Virus record (IMG/VR): IMGVR_UViG_3300045988_126140
Location: 69,599 to 133,598 of that record
Source of the DNA: a virus
Length of the DNA: 64,000 bases
Reading direction: 5' to 3' (one strand)
The notes under the pieces are model-generated. The model did no database searches. It had not been told where the DNA came from and was given only the letters and a program-made list of their open reading frames with translations. Position numbers and translations under genes: made by a program. Shown here in pieces: positions 17,720 to 27,920 of the stretch; position 1 is the stretch's first letter; each line of letters begins with the position of its first letter.

Positions 17720-19186
17720 TTAATAATCACCTGCGTTATCCGCTTCTGGCGCTCTATTCGGGTCACCAGACTCCTCTGATGTACTCGGTCTACCACCTGT
17801 ATTTTCAATATCTGCTCCCGACATTGTATGCGAATTAGCTAACGGACTCATAAGAGTTCCAAAATCTAATATACTTTCTATTTGAAGTATATTTAACGCT
17901 TCTAATGGTGAATATCCACATATTCCTAAATGTTCTAGCTTGCTTGTCCACGTTGTTAATCTATTGCAACTAGATTGAATTTTTTCCTCTTTATTAAATT
18001 TGGTTGTATCACAGAAATATAATTGAAAATTTTTTAATGATGAATTTTTACTAAAAACATAATTTAACCATATTTTGATTCTATCTAATAAATTCAATGG
18101 TACTAAACTATCTACAATTGTCCCATAGATTACAGATTGAGTGCTACTTCTATTATCTCCATTAAATAAATTACTATCTATACCAGCTGTATCATATACA
18201 TTTTTAGTTAAATTGTTTATTTCCTCATAATCAGAAACTTTATTAGTTTGTAATGAAACAGAATCTATTGGGTAAGGTGAACTTACAACTCCTATACCAT
18301 CTCTGACATTTTTAACTAATGCTCTATGATAAAACGTTGCTGTTTCTGGCTCTATACTTAAATCACCGTCATCATCTGTAGGCAATAGTTGGTGAATTAA
18401 TTTGAAGTTATTAGCTTCAATATTTTCCATACTAGCATCTGCTAAATCTTTTATCCTACTTAAATCTAAAAGCAATCCAGAATAATATGGAATACCTTTA
18501 CTTTCTATTACTTCTGGAAGAAAAGCTATTGCATTTTCAAGTGGTAACATGTAATAGTTGTCTATGAAATTTTCATCATTTTTCAATTTACCTGCTTTAT
18601 AATCAGCGTATAAATTTTGAATATCTATTGGGTAATATCCTAATTGTTTAGTATTAATACCACTAAGTTTTATACTATAACCTAACATAAAAGATTCGGT
18701 ATAAGTAACTTTGCATAAATCTTCTGGTAAAGAAACAAATGTAATATTATCACTTGTTTCTTGTTTATATAAATATATTTCTCCTTTTCTAAATTCGCTT
18801 TCTAAAATCCAGGGACAAAGAGTTTTTAAATTATATTTTTCTAACTCTAAACAGGCTTTTCTGTAAGATTTAAAAAAGTTATCTTGTCCTTTAGTTATAA
18901 ATTTACTCGCATCTAATGGGACTAAATAATGGTCGTAAGTTAATAAATTCGATTTATAATTTATTATTTCTTTTAAATTACCATTAATAACCCTCATTAA
19001 TTCAGATTGTTGTTGTAGTGTAGTAACATTAGAATAAGGATTTTCTAAGGCACTAGCTATTGTATCCGTATCAACTTTACTTCTCTTTCTACTACTAGCT
19101 ACCTTATCTATACTATTTATATCAATCATAGAAGATTTCTGTGCAAATTCTAAATTATTCTTTCTATTATCTTTCCCTTCGTTCAA
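17720..19186 (-). CDS. portal protein, putative
   Basis: 488 aa ORF directly downstream of terL. TTG start 6 nt after SD AAAGGTGGTGA. Acidic/Gly-rich C-terminal tail. Confidence 0.6.
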   Translation of the reverse strand: MNEGKDNRKNNLEFAQKSSMIDINSIDKVASSRKRSKVDTDTIASALENPYSNVTTLQQQSELMRVINGNLKEIINYKSNLLTYDHYLVPLDASKFITKGQDNFFKSYRKACLELEKYNLKTLCPWILESEFRKGEIYLYKQETSDNITFVSLPEDLCKVTYTESFMLGYSIKLSGINTKQLGYYPIDIQNLYADYKAGKLKNDENFIDNYYMLPLENAIAFLPEVIESKGIPYYSGLLLDLSRIKDLADASMENIEANNFKLIHQLLPTDDDGDLSIEPETATFYHRALVKNVRDGIGVVSSPYPIDSVSLQTNKVSDYEEINNLTKNVYDTAGIDSNLFNGDNRSSTQSVIYGTIVDSLVPLNLLDRIKIWLNYVFSKNSSLKNFQLYFCDTTKFNKEEKIQSSCNRLTTWTSKLEHLGICGYSPLEALNILQIESILDFGTLMSPLANSHTMSGADIENTGGRPSTSEESGDPNRAPEADNAGDY

Positions 19187-19203
19187 ACATTTTCACCACC
19201 TTT

Positions 19204-20323
19204 TTAATTAGCCAAGAAAATATGTCTCTTTTTCTTATTCCTATTTTTCTTTCTTATATCTCTTTCTATCAATTCTGCTAAATAATTACCATAAGTAATA
19301 GAAGAATATCTATCCTTACGATTTCTTCCTTTTTCTTTAAGAACTATATCACCATTCCCCATAGTTTCATAATCTAAGTTTATTGATTCAAATATAAAAT
19401 TAGATGTTTGAATAAATGGTGCTATTTTATTAGCATGATATTCTGCGTCTTGATGATATTTTAAGTCTTTACTAAAATCTCCTCTTTTTTCATTTTCTTC
19501 TATTAATAATCTTATTTTTTTACTACTAAAAGCATTTTTAAGATATACTGCACAATCATTATTTATTTTTTGATTCCCTTTAATTACATATATACAATTT
19601 ATACCATTTTTTAAAGGTTGAAAATCTTTTGATTGCGTACTCATATCATAAATACCAAAAGGTTCGTAATGTTCATCAATATTTTCGTCATAAGATGATT
19701 TTTCCATCTCTTGTATTACTGCTATACCTAAACCACCACCATCTATAATGATTTTATCAGCTTTAAATTCTGTATATAATCTCTTAATTCTAGTGGCTTG
19801 TTTTTCAAATTTCATACCATTATGTGATTCCATATAAACAACTTCTCTAATAATATTATTTCCACTAGGAAGTAATCTCCATAAAGTAAAAATAGAGTTA
19901 TCATTTTTATTTGATTTGTTAGCTTTTGCCGTTGCTACGTCAACTGAAATTATTCTTATTTCATCTTTCTTTTTAGGCATTCGTTTTAATTTTTCTTTCT
20001 TTTTATCTGGATTCCTATAATCGTCGTCCGTTAATGGATAATAACAATTCTTTAAAACTCTTGCATTCAACATATCTGCTGTATTAAAGAAACAATCTCC
20101 ACTTTGTCCATGCCATATAGCACCATATTCCATATTAAATACAAATTCACCCATATCCTCTTTATCTTCTTCAATCTTATCTTTTAAGACAAGTTTATGG
20201 TCTAAAGATGCCAAATAAGGAATTGCACAAGCAAATGCTTTTCCATTTTCAAACATTCTATTAAATATGGTTGTGAATTTTTCATAACTCCAGTGAACTT
20301 TTAACCACGCACTAGAAAGATAT
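19204..20323 (-). CDS. terL: terminase large subunit, exon 2 (nuclease domain)
   Basis: The frame is open upstream of the annotated Met back to 20322 (YLSSAWLKVHWSYEKF..). RNase-H-like nuclease acidic motifs IISVDVA and IIIDGGGLG. Confidence 0.75.
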
Positions 20324-20577
20324 CAATTTGTTATTAACTATAGGTTTTTTATCCTATACTCTGGAGGTTTCCCTCATTTTCATCGGTTAGTCAATTCTAA
20401 CCCAGTTTAGCATATATTTTCATTCTCTAAATTCTGTATAATGAATGTAGGATACTCTTGGGATACTAATTTTAGTATGTAAAATAATTACGGCATTATA
20501 TTCTGTGGAGGGTAATTATCCCTCAAACAGTTTCAGCCCCTATGCGTTACAATACTTATAGTTTTTAAACATATAAG

Positions 20578-21558
20578 TTATCTCGGTATTAGCTTATTTA
20601 TAAAATAATCATTTAAAGTTTTAATTGTATTTTCATAATAAGGTATTCTTAACATATTTATATTATTACTTTTACAATAATTATTTTTAATTCCATCTTT
20701 AATTATTTGGATTTTAAATCCTTCTTCTCCTCCAAATAATTCTACTGGCATAAAATGTTGTCTACCATCGTATTCAACAACTAAATTATAATTAGGAATA
20801 TAAAAATCAAATCTTAGTACATCATTATATTTACAATCATTGAATATGTATTCTCTTTCAAATCCAATATTTTTACTTAATAAATATTCCAGAATTTCTT
20901 GTTCCCCTTTGCTAATTGTAGCTTTTGACATTTTGTCATATCCTTTTCTAGCCATACATTTGGGGCAAATTATTTCAATATTGTTTTTAATTTTATCTTT
21001 AATGTGATAAAAATTTTGCTCATATTCTTTTCCACATTTACATTTTAATTTTAATTTTTCGCCTGGAATATATTCAGTAGACAATAATTCACTTTCACCA
21101 GTACTTTCACATATAAGTTTTACGTCATGGAAACTACAATAATGTCCATTATTGTTTTCTATATTTCTTTGTTTTCTTATTTTTTCAGCACATTTAGGAC
21201 AAGTTTTTGTTTTACTTTTTTTAAATAATTCCCATGTTGTTTCATAAGTTTCACCACACGTTCCACATTTAACTAATAGTGAAGTATATACATTTTTATA
21301 TTCAGTTGAAAGTAATTTATTACCATAAGATTCAATTTCACTTCTAACTTTATCTATACTCACTTTGTTATTAGAACAAGTTTGACAATAATATCTTTTT
21401 TTATTTTTAAAATCTTGAAAACTTCTTTCAAATACATCTCCACATTTACAACGAATTTTCAATTTTTGTTTGTTATTAATATACTCTTTAGTTAATAAGG
21501 TACAACCTTTTGATTCTATATATTCCTTAACTTTATCATAATCATATCTAACTCCCAT
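20578..21558 (-). CDS. intron-encoded nuclease: triple zinc-ribbon repeat plus PD-(D/E)XK (Vsr/DUF559-like) domain
   Basis: Three repeats of LL(S/T)xEY..(K/V)C.CG..(F/Y)E..(F/W)..F........CP.C. C-terminal RFDFYIPNYNLVVEYDGRQHF matches the D..(E)xK nuclease core. Has its own class-2 promoter and SD. Confidence 0.6.
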   Translation of the reverse strand: MGVRYDYDKVKEYIESKGCTLLTKEYINNKQKLKIRCKCGDVFERSFQDFKNKKRYYCQTCSNNKVSIDKVRSEIESYGNKLLSTEYKNVYTSLLVKCGTCGETYETTWELFKKSKTKTCPKCAEKIRKQRNIENNNGHYCSFHDVKLICESTGESELLSTEYIPGEKLKLKCKCGKEYEQNFYHIKDKIKNNIEIICPKCMARKGYDKMSKATISKGEQEILEYLLSKNIGFEREYIFNDCKYNDVLRFDFYIPNYNLVVEYDGRQHFMPVELFGGEEGFKIQIIKDGIKNNYCKSNNINMLRIPYYENTIKTLNDYFINKLIPR

Positions 21559-21579
21559 AAATTCACCCCCTTTTTTATA

Positions 21580-21617
21580 TTATTGTATTAACATAACTCA
21601 ATGATTAATTACTTATA
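21580..21617 (-). promoter_or_regulatory. class-2 bipartite promoter-like element (copy a)
   Basis: Minus strand TATAAGTAATTAAT-N9-ATGTTAATAC, with a 23-nt register (21617 to 21594), upstream of the intron ORF. Confidence 0.5.
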
Positions 21618-21739
21618 AATTATTAATTATTTTATAAACTTAGCCTTTCTTACCATGTATATCACTATACATTTGACCGATTTTACCCTATTTTAAATAT
21701 AAGCACTTATACTTTACTTATATTGAGACATATCTTTTT

Positions 21740-22407
21740 ATCTCCATATTTGATTCTAATGGATAATCTTTATATTCGGGTTTTTCTAAAAACGGAGGTT
21801 TTCTTGGATTTGTTAAGAATTGTTTTAAAACTGAATTTATTACATCTAATTTGATAAGCCTAAATTCATCTGCAACCAATACATTCCCTCTCAAGCCTCT
21901 CGCTCCATCATTAGAAGCTATAGCTGTTATTACAGAACCATTTTTAAATATACATTTAACATTATCTTTATTATTTTGAACTTTTTTAATTTCTTTTGCT
22001 AACGCAGGGTAATCCCTTCGTAAATCTTCAATCTTTTCGGTTATAATTAATCCTGCCTGGTCTTTGTTACCAGATGCAACTATTATTTTAGAACCTGGAT
22101 ATAATATTGCTCTACAACATACAAATATCGCAGTTAGAAATGACTTACCGAGACCACGTGACGCAATAAAGCAGAAACTTGTGCATATATTCATCATATA
22201 AAGTAATATTTGTTGAAACAAATATAAATTAATTCCTAACCAATCCATACAAAATCTATGTGGATTTTTTCTAAAATATTCTGTCCATATTTTTACACCA
22301 TCTAATAAATTTTCATATGAATCTTTTTTTAAGTTTTTTCTTTGTTTGCATTTTAATCTATTCTCCATATCCTTTTTCATCCTCCTCTGTATAAGGAGTT
22401 GAATCAT
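21740..22407 (-). CDS. terL: terminase large subunit, exon 1 (ATPase domain)
   Basis: Walker A SRGLGKSFLT and Walker B VLVADEF. The ORF 21718..22407 reads 7 codons into the insert and then stops. Start is ambiguous (22407, 22380 or 22368). Confidence 0.75.
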
Positions 22408-23203
22408 TATTTATTAACTTTTTAATAGGATTTAAGAAGTAACGATTTAACCACCATTTAATTCTATCCACATCATCGTATTCTTGGTGGACATCTGGAA
22501 TAGGTTCATTTTTTTCTACTTTAGCAATTAATGTACCATAACTTAAATTATCGTCTTCACCATATTTGCTCATTTTAGATGGTAAAACATTTAGTTCTTC
22601 CATACGTTTAGAAATTTGATTAGTTAAGTTTTCAAATGCTTTTTGGTCATTCTTAACTATAGCTCTTTCTCTTAAAACTTCTAACATACATATTGTTTTA
22701 ATTAAATTAACTTCTTGAATGGCTTTAGACGGATAATTATCTGTGTATTGTTCATATTTTCTTTGGAGTAATTCATACTCATCATCTTGAAATCCCTTAC
22801 CCCAAAAGTTAACAATCTCACTTGAAGTAACTGTCTCTCCAGTAATAATATTAGTTACACCATCATAAGTAAGCATATTATCTAAAGATGTTAACCCTTT
22901 AAATGCTTTATCTCTATTCATTATTCTAGTATAATTACCTAAAAAATTATTGCCATATTTCTCAACACATTTTAGATATGTTTCTTCGTCATAATACATA
23001 TCTAAAACCATACATAAATGTATAAATGCTAATCTACGGTCGTTGTTATAATTTTTTAATAACTTTTTAAAATATTTATCAACTACTTCTTTACTCATGG
23101 GTAATTTCTTATCATGCTCATAAAGCATTGATTGTGTAGAGTAGAAATCTCTAACGGTAGGTTTAAATTTACCTGTAGCTGAACATTGTTTTGTGTCTGC
23201 CAT
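22358..23203 (-). CDS. terminase small subunit, putative
   Basis: 281 aa ORF, first gene of the late operon, overlapping the terL start. Call by position. Confidence 0.5.
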   Translation of the reverse strand: MADTKQCSATGKFKPTVRDFYSTQSMLYEHDKKLPMSKEVVDKYFKKLLKNYNNDRRLAFIHLCMVLDMYYDEETYLKCVEKYGNNFLGNYTRIMNRDKAFKGLTSLDNMLTYDGVTNIITGETVTSSEIVNFWGKGFQDDEYELLQRKYEQYTDNYPSKAIQEVNLIKTICMLEVLRERAIVKNDQKAFENLTNQISKRMEELNVLPSKMSKYGEDDNLSYGTLIAKVEKNEPIPDVHQEYDDVDRIKWWLNRYFLNPIKKLINNDSTPYTEEDEKGYGE

Positions 23204-23224
23204 TATATCACTCTCCTTTAAAAT

Positions 23225-23270
23225 GAAAAAAAATGGTTACGACTAATGGAAGGAGTTTTTAGCCGTAACC
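23225..23270 (-). terminator. intrinsic terminator in the late-operon leader
   Basis: Hairpin GGTTACG..CGTAACC (23235..23270), followed on the minus strand by eight U and then directly by the SD of the terS candidate. Confidence 0.65.
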
Positions 23271-23357
23271 TAAAGGGGAGAATTTATTATGAATTTTGAG
23301 CCTTATTTTAAAGACTCAAAAAATACTGATATAATTATCAATATCATTTCAATCCTT

Positions 23358-23388
23358 AAAATAAAAATACCACTCTTATTCGAGTGGT
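23358..23388 (-). terminator. intrinsic terminator after 23397..24524
   Basis: Hairpin ACCACTC..GAGTGGT (23369..23388), then AUUUUUAUUUU. Confidence 0.7.
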
Positions 23389-23396
23389 TTAATTAA

Positions 23397-24524
23397 TTAT
23401 TCAACTTTCATTACATAACTTGCAACTACTCCATCTTCATCAAGTATTAATAATGTTTGAGAAGGTTTATTATATAATTTTTTCTTCATAGCATAATCGT
23501 CTGTTGAAATCAAACTACCATTTACATATATATCTGTGTTATATTGTGAAAACATCTTAGGTTGATGATAATGTCCTAATAAAATTAAATCTATGTTTTC
23601 ACCACCTATAACCATAGATAATTCTTCACTTACTTTATTTAAATTAACTTGGTCGCCATGACATGAAACAACTGTATTTCCTTTTACATTCATTACAGAT
23701 AATTCACCATTATTTATCGAATCTAAAAATACAACATTAGATAAATTTAATGTTCTCATTTTTATCATCTCATTTAATAACATAGAGTAATTATTACCAT
23801 TACTTCTATCGTCTTTCATCATTTCTACTGCTTCATGGTTACCATTATTTTGAGTTACAGTTAAATAAAAATAATTTGACAATTTCTCTATTACCTGTGA
23901 TATTATTTCACTAACACTTACTATTTGTTTTACTAAAGATTCTTGATTAGATAGCTTTATACTATTATGTAATTCACCAGATATTAAATCTCCGTTCAAT
24001 ACTAAATGCAATTTATCTATGTTATTATCAATACAATGTTCTATTGTTTTATTAATTATTTTATCTAACCTTTCTATAGCTATATCTTTATTATATTTAT
24101 TTACTGAATTTTCTACAATCATAGAAATATGTAAATCGCTTAATATTAAAATTCCGTCTTTTCCACTTGAATCTTCTTTTAAAACATAACGATTTAATAA
24201 TGGACTTCTTAAATTTAAATTATTAATTTCTTCTCTTATTAAATCCATTACATTTTCCATCCTAGACAATCCTCTTAATTGTCTATTCACTTCTGTTCTT
24301 AAATCGGTTAGCTTTATTTTTTCCTTTTTTATTTCAGCTAATGTTTTACTGTCCATGTCATTTTCACTTATAGTTTCAGAATATAATTTAAATCCATATG
24401 CTAATTTTCTTAAATGGTCGTCTGAATAATCTGTTTCGTATTTTCTATTTATATCTTCCCATGACATATCATTTAATTTATTAAGTTTATTTAAACAATC
24501 CTGTATTAATCCCTTTTTATTCAT
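23397..24524 (-). CDS. calcineurin-like metallophosphoesterase (SbcD/Mre11-like fold)
   Basis: Motifs ILSDLHIS, LNGDLISG, GNHE, CHGDQ and LLGHYHQP, in the canonical order. Confidence 0.8.
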   Translation of the reverse strand: MNKKGLIQDCLNKLNKLNDMSWEDINRKYETDYSDDHLRKLAYGFKLYSETISENDMDSKTLAEIKKEKIKLTDLRTEVNRQLRGLSRMENVMDLIREEINNLNLRSPLLNRYVLKEDSSGKDGILILSDLHISMIVENSVNKYNKDIAIERLDKIINKTIEHCIDNNIDKLHLVLNGDLISGELHNSIKLSNQESLVKQIVSVSEIISQVIEKLSNYFYLTVTQNNGNHEAVEMMKDDRSNGNNYSMLLNEMIKMRTLNLSNVVFLDSINNGELSVMNVKGNTVVSCHGDQVNLNKVSEELSMVIGGENIDLILLGHYHQPKMFSQYNTDIYVNGSLISTDDYAMKKKLYNKPSQTLLILDEDGVVASYVMKVE

Positions 24525-24544
24525 AACATACCCCCCAAAATAAA

Positions 24545-24576
24545 CAAAAAAATAATTGGGAGGCTTTATACCTCCC
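24545..24576 (-). terminator. intrinsic terminator
   Basis: Hairpin GGGAGG..CCTCCC (24558..24576), then AAUUAUUUUUUUG on the minus strand. Confidence 0.65.
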
Positions 24577-24584
24577 TTATTTAA

Positions 24585-24776
24585 TTATCTTTCAATAGTA
24601 TTTTCTACTTTCAATTTAACATTTTTGTCTCCAACAAAATCAGCGAACAAATCATTAATTGCAAATTTTTCTATATCATAACCGTCTTTATCAGTTTCAA
24701 CAATGAAATATTCACCATCTTCTTCGATAATACGACCTATTTTTATTTCTAATGTTTTTCCTTCTTTAAAAATCAT
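24585..24776 (-). CDS. hypothetical protein
   Basis: 63 aa ORF with SD, downstream of the HU-like gene. Confidence 0.5.
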   Translation of the reverse strand: MIFKEGKTLEIKIGRIIEEDGEYFIVETDKDGYDIEKFAINDLFADFVGDKNVKLKVENTIER

Positions 24777-24798
24777 ATAATCATTCTCCCTTTATTAA

Positions 24799-25104
24799 TT
24801 ATTCACCTTGTATTCTTTTAGCAACAGACTTTTTAAGTCTAACCTTAACAACTTCTTTATCTTCGGTTTTAAAAGGTGTTTCTTTTCCTTCTTTAGTTTT
24901 CATTACACCTTCTCTACCTTTTTTAACTTTCTTATCTACTAAGAACATTCCTAGAGAAACAGATTCATCAACATCTATTTGTTCATATACAGAAGCTACA
25001 ACATCTTCTAATGCTTTTAATACTTCTCTAGCTTCTGCCTGTGATACTTTTAGACCTCTTTCTTCTAAAGCTCCTTGTAGTTCTTTTATTACGTTTATTT
25101 CCAT
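24799..25104 (-). CDS. HU/IHF-like DNA-binding protein, putative
   Basis: About 100 aa. Its pattern (helical N-terminus ..LKVSQAEAREVLKALEDVV.., then a beta-arm ..GMFLV.K.VKKGREG..) resembles the bacterial HU family. Confidence 0.5.
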   Translation of the reverse strand: MEINVIKELQGALEERGLKVSQAEAREVLKALEDVVASVYEQIDVDESVSLGMFLVDKKVKKGREGVMKTKEGKETPFKTEDKEVVKVRLKKSVAKRIQGE

Positions 25105-25242
25105 AAAACATACCCCCCTTATAAATTATAAAATATTAATAAAAATAACAAATATTATAGGCTTTTTTAGCCTTACATAAATAATAGTTAATATACTAGG
25201 AAAAAATTAGGATATTTTGCACACTTTTAAAATATATTATTT

Positions 25243-26418
25243 TTATCGACATTTTTTACATATAGATAATAATCCTTTACTTCCGTTTTTATTAAATTTA
25301 CTCACCAATTTAACTTTGCCACACTTATTACAACGTTTATATTCTCCTTTACATATATTCAAATAATACCAATCTTCTAATTCTTCTTCATAAGCTTGTA
25401 CTATGTTTTTTACTATTGTGTCTAACATTCCTGTAATTGAAGGAAGTTTTCGATTTAATTCCTTGGCTATATTTTTAATCGTCATACCTCCCATCCATAA
25501 ATCTAAAACTTCCTTCTGTTTATCTGTAAATTTAACTTTCTTTAATACTCGTCCTAAATCGTATAAAATACAATCTATATCCGACGTGAAATCATATGCT
25601 TCAGACTCTCTATATAATTGTAATAAAGGCTTAACATGAGTGACATCTAATGTATCTAAACAATCCCATGTTACCGCCCCATTATCTTTTAATAGTTTTT
25701 TAGGTATGTATAATGGATTATATGAATTTTGAACGTATTCCATATCACTTCTCAAACTACTTTTCATGTAATCACATTTATATTTAAACCATCCTTCATT
25801 TTTATTTTGATTTAATTTTTTATTAATATTATTTTGTAACTCTTTATTTTTCTGTATTTCATTTAAGTGATTTATTAAATCTTGATAACATTGTAATTCT
25901 TCATGTTCATTTATATATTCTTTATTAATTGTTCTTTTTGGTACTAATTTAATGTTTTGAACCGATTTTAATACAATCATTGGGTCGTCTTCATTTATTT
26001 GTTCACCATATTTATGAATGTAAGATTTTTCTTTTTTCAATGCTCTTTGAAACTCTTCTTCATTATTATATATTTTTAATTTATTCTTTTTCCTATATTC
26101 TTCATCTGGCTGGAGAATATATGTACCTAAGCTTTCTAATAATTTACATACATTACTATCTGTTGCTAAATCTTCGTTTGCATTCGGTGATAAATTTATA
26201 TGACTTCTCTTCTCATTTTTTTGTTCAAATATTTCGTCCCAAAACAGTTCACCGTTTAGTTCTACCTCGTCTATGTATTTTAAATTCAACAATTCTTTTA
26301 TGTATTCAATTCTTTCTTCCACAGTTTCTAATTTATATTTATCTTTATCTATCTGATAATCAAATATTGATTTACCATTTATTTTTCCGTAAAAATTATT
26401 AAAGTATATTCGTCCCAT
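25243..26418 (-). CDS. putative transcription regulator with sigma-70 region-4-like HTH and C-terminal zinc ribbon
   Basis: ..KFTDKQKEVLDLWMGGMTIKNIAKELNRKLPSITGMLDTIVKNI.. is region-4/LuxR-like. C-terminal CNKCGK..CKKC. Lies upstream of the packaging genes, like RinA/ArpU-type late activators. Confidence 0.4.
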   Translation of the reverse strand: MGRIYFNNFYGKINGKSIFDYQIDKDKYKLETVEERIEYIKELLNLKYIDEVELNGELFWDEIFEQKNEKRSHINLSPNANEDLATDSNVCKLLESLGTYILQPDEEYRKKNKLKIYNNEEEFQRALKKEKSYIHKYGEQINEDDPMIVLKSVQNIKLVPKRTINKEYINEHEELQCYQDLINHLNEIQKNKELQNNINKKLNQNKNEGWFKYKCDYMKSSLRSDMEYVQNSYNPLYIPKKLLKDNGAVTWDCLDTLDVTHVKPLLQLYRESEAYDFTSDIDCILYDLGRVLKKVKFTDKQKEVLDLWMGGMTIKNIAKELNRKLPSITGMLDTIVKNIVQAYEEELEDWYYLNICKGEYKRCNKCGKVKLVSKFNKNGSKGLLSICKKCR

Positions 26419-26453
26419 CTTATATCATCTCCTATTAATTTTATTAATTATTT

Positions 26454-26612
26454 TTACTTCGCATAATTATTTATTTCATCAATTTTATATTCTATCCTTT
26501 CTAAACTCCAACACAATCTTCGTATACATTCCTTACTCCTGCCCTCTTGAATTGCCTGTTTAATTTTTTCCTCCATTTTTATAGCTCTGTCTGTATTAGC
26601 TACTCTACTCAT
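26454..26612 (-). CDS. hypothetical small protein (52 aa)
   Basis: Not in the ORF track. ATG 26612 is coupled to the stop of the upstream ORF (GGGAGGTGATATGAAATG). Stop abuts a 15-mer. Confidence 0.45.
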   Translation of the reverse strand: MSRVANTDRAIKMEEKIKQAIQEGRSKECIRRLCWSLERIEYKIDEINNYAK

Positions 26613-26613
26613 T

Positions 26614-26856
26614 TCATATCACCTCCCATTCATTTATTTTAAACACAAGCGATTCGTACATACTGTCTAAAATATATTTATCGTCTTCTATCGTTGTTAT
26701 TGCCCAATCTTCATATTCAAATTGTTCTTCTAGTTGTTTCTTTACATATCCTTTTATTTTATCTCTAGCCGTATTTTTATCTTTACAAACACATTTAATA
26801 TCTTTCTGAATTCCTTCTTCACTATAATATATTTCTATGACAATATACACTTTCAT
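26614..26856 (-). CDS. hypothetical protein
   Basis: ATG 26856 after SD TAGGAGGTG. The ORF-track TTG at 26877 is a less likely start. Confidence 0.55.
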   Translation of the reverse strand: MKVYIVIEIYYSEEGIQKDIKCVCKDKNTARDKIKGYVKKQLEEQFEYEDWAITTIEDDKYILDSMYESLVFKINEWEVI

Positions 26857-26984
26857 GTTTACACCTCCTAAATTCAATTTTAAGCAATCCTATTTCTTTA
26901 TTGAATAACTAATCCTATTTTCAATTAAAAACTCTTAGAAAAGCTCTTATTAGATATTTTAACTATATCTTGTTTAACCACCTC

Positions 26985-27030
26985 CTATATTAGTGTATTA
27001 ACATTGATGGTAGATAAATTACCTATGAAT
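26985..27030 (-). promoter_or_regulatory. class-2 bipartite promoter-like element (copy b)
   Basis: Minus strand CATAGGTAATTTAT-N9-ATGTTAATAC, register 27027 to 27004 = 23 nt. Confidence 0.5.
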
Positions 27031-27035
27031 TAAAA

Positions 27036-27584
27036 TTATTCATTCTTATATACATAATAATAGAAGATATTATCTATAACGATTCCTATTAACATAAAAA
27101 TAAAACCTATATTTTGAGGTAATGTGATAATAAAACTAAAACCATAGCCAAGTATGCTAGTTATATTACAATAATAAACGGTTTTGTTATCAAATGTCTC
27201 CCTTTTTTCACCTATATATCTTCTAGATTTTAGTCTAGTTCCTCCGCATATTATATTTCTTGTTATTAAAGCACCAAGTATTCCATCCGCTATAAAATAA
27301 GTCACAGAATCAGCCAAGCCTGTCAAAAATAGAATAGTTAAAATTGTATATGCTACAGCTTCTAAGAATAATAATATTCCAAAATATTTATATAATTTTT
27401 CACTCTTAGATAACCATATTTTCGTTATTATAACTACAAAAATACAATTTAATAATGATGTAAAACTTAAAATATTTGAATTAATACTTTGTACTGTTAT
27501 CGTGTGAACTACGGGATAAGCAATACTATAAAATAAATTACTTATAGCTCCTGCAAAAAGTAATAAATCAACCTTTTTATTCAT
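27036..27584 (-). CDS. integral membrane protein (about 5-6 TM)
   Basis: Hydrophobic 182 aa ORF with an ATG start. Confidence 0.6.
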   Translation of the reverse strand: MNKKVDLLLFAGAISNLFYSIAYPVVHTITVQSINSNILSFTSLLNCIFVVIITKIWLSKSEKLYKYFGILLFLEAVAYTILTILFLTGLADSVTYFIADGILGALITRNIICGGTRLKSRRYIGEKRETFDNKTVYYCNITSILGYGFSFIITLPQNIGFIFMLIGIVIDNIFYYYVYKNE

Positions 27585-27920
27585 ATTTAACCCCCCTTCA
27601 TATAATTAAAATTATTTATAGTGTCACTCTAAGTTTACGAATGTAATGAGTAAATGAAAGAGTGTGAGGAAAGAGTTAATGTTCTTTGTTAACTCTTGAC
27701 GAATAAATACAATTCTATCCCCTAGGTAATTCATAATAATTTAAAAACTAAATTATTATTCATTCCTTCCCCTTATCAAAGGGGAATTATCTCTTTATTA
27801 ATTATTTTTACTCTTCTCTTATTTTCTAAGAAAATGAATTTTTTGTCTTTAAAATGTTGCGATTTTTTCATATTATTTTAAATGGCGTTTTTTAGTTTTG
27901 TAACCTTAATGGTAACAAAT

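Larger units (their letters stand above)
20324..21739 (-). mobile_element. putative group I intron with homing-endonuclease ORF inside terL
   Basis: It separates the ATPase and nuclease halves of terL. The 5' exon ..GAGAU (21744..21740) can pair with intron GUCUC (21729..21725), giving a U.G pair at the splice site. The insert ends in G (20324). Long-range pairing AUCGGUCAA (21681..21673) with UUGAC-UAA-CCGAU (20394..20382) brackets the ORF. Removal restores one 595-codon frame. Confidence 0.65.

Noticed and set aside
20257-21739. An intein, or two separate terminase genes, as the explanation for the split terL.
   Set aside because: The insert has stop codons in the terL frame and its own promoter, SD and ORF, so it cannot be an in-frame intein. 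The nuclease half lacks a start or SD at the point where its frame opens (20322), which argues against a stand-alone gene.
27720-27735. Plus-strand CCTAGGTAATTC resembling the class-2 upstream box.
   Set aside because: There is no GTTAATA box at the 23-nt register, and the sequence is oriented against local transcription.
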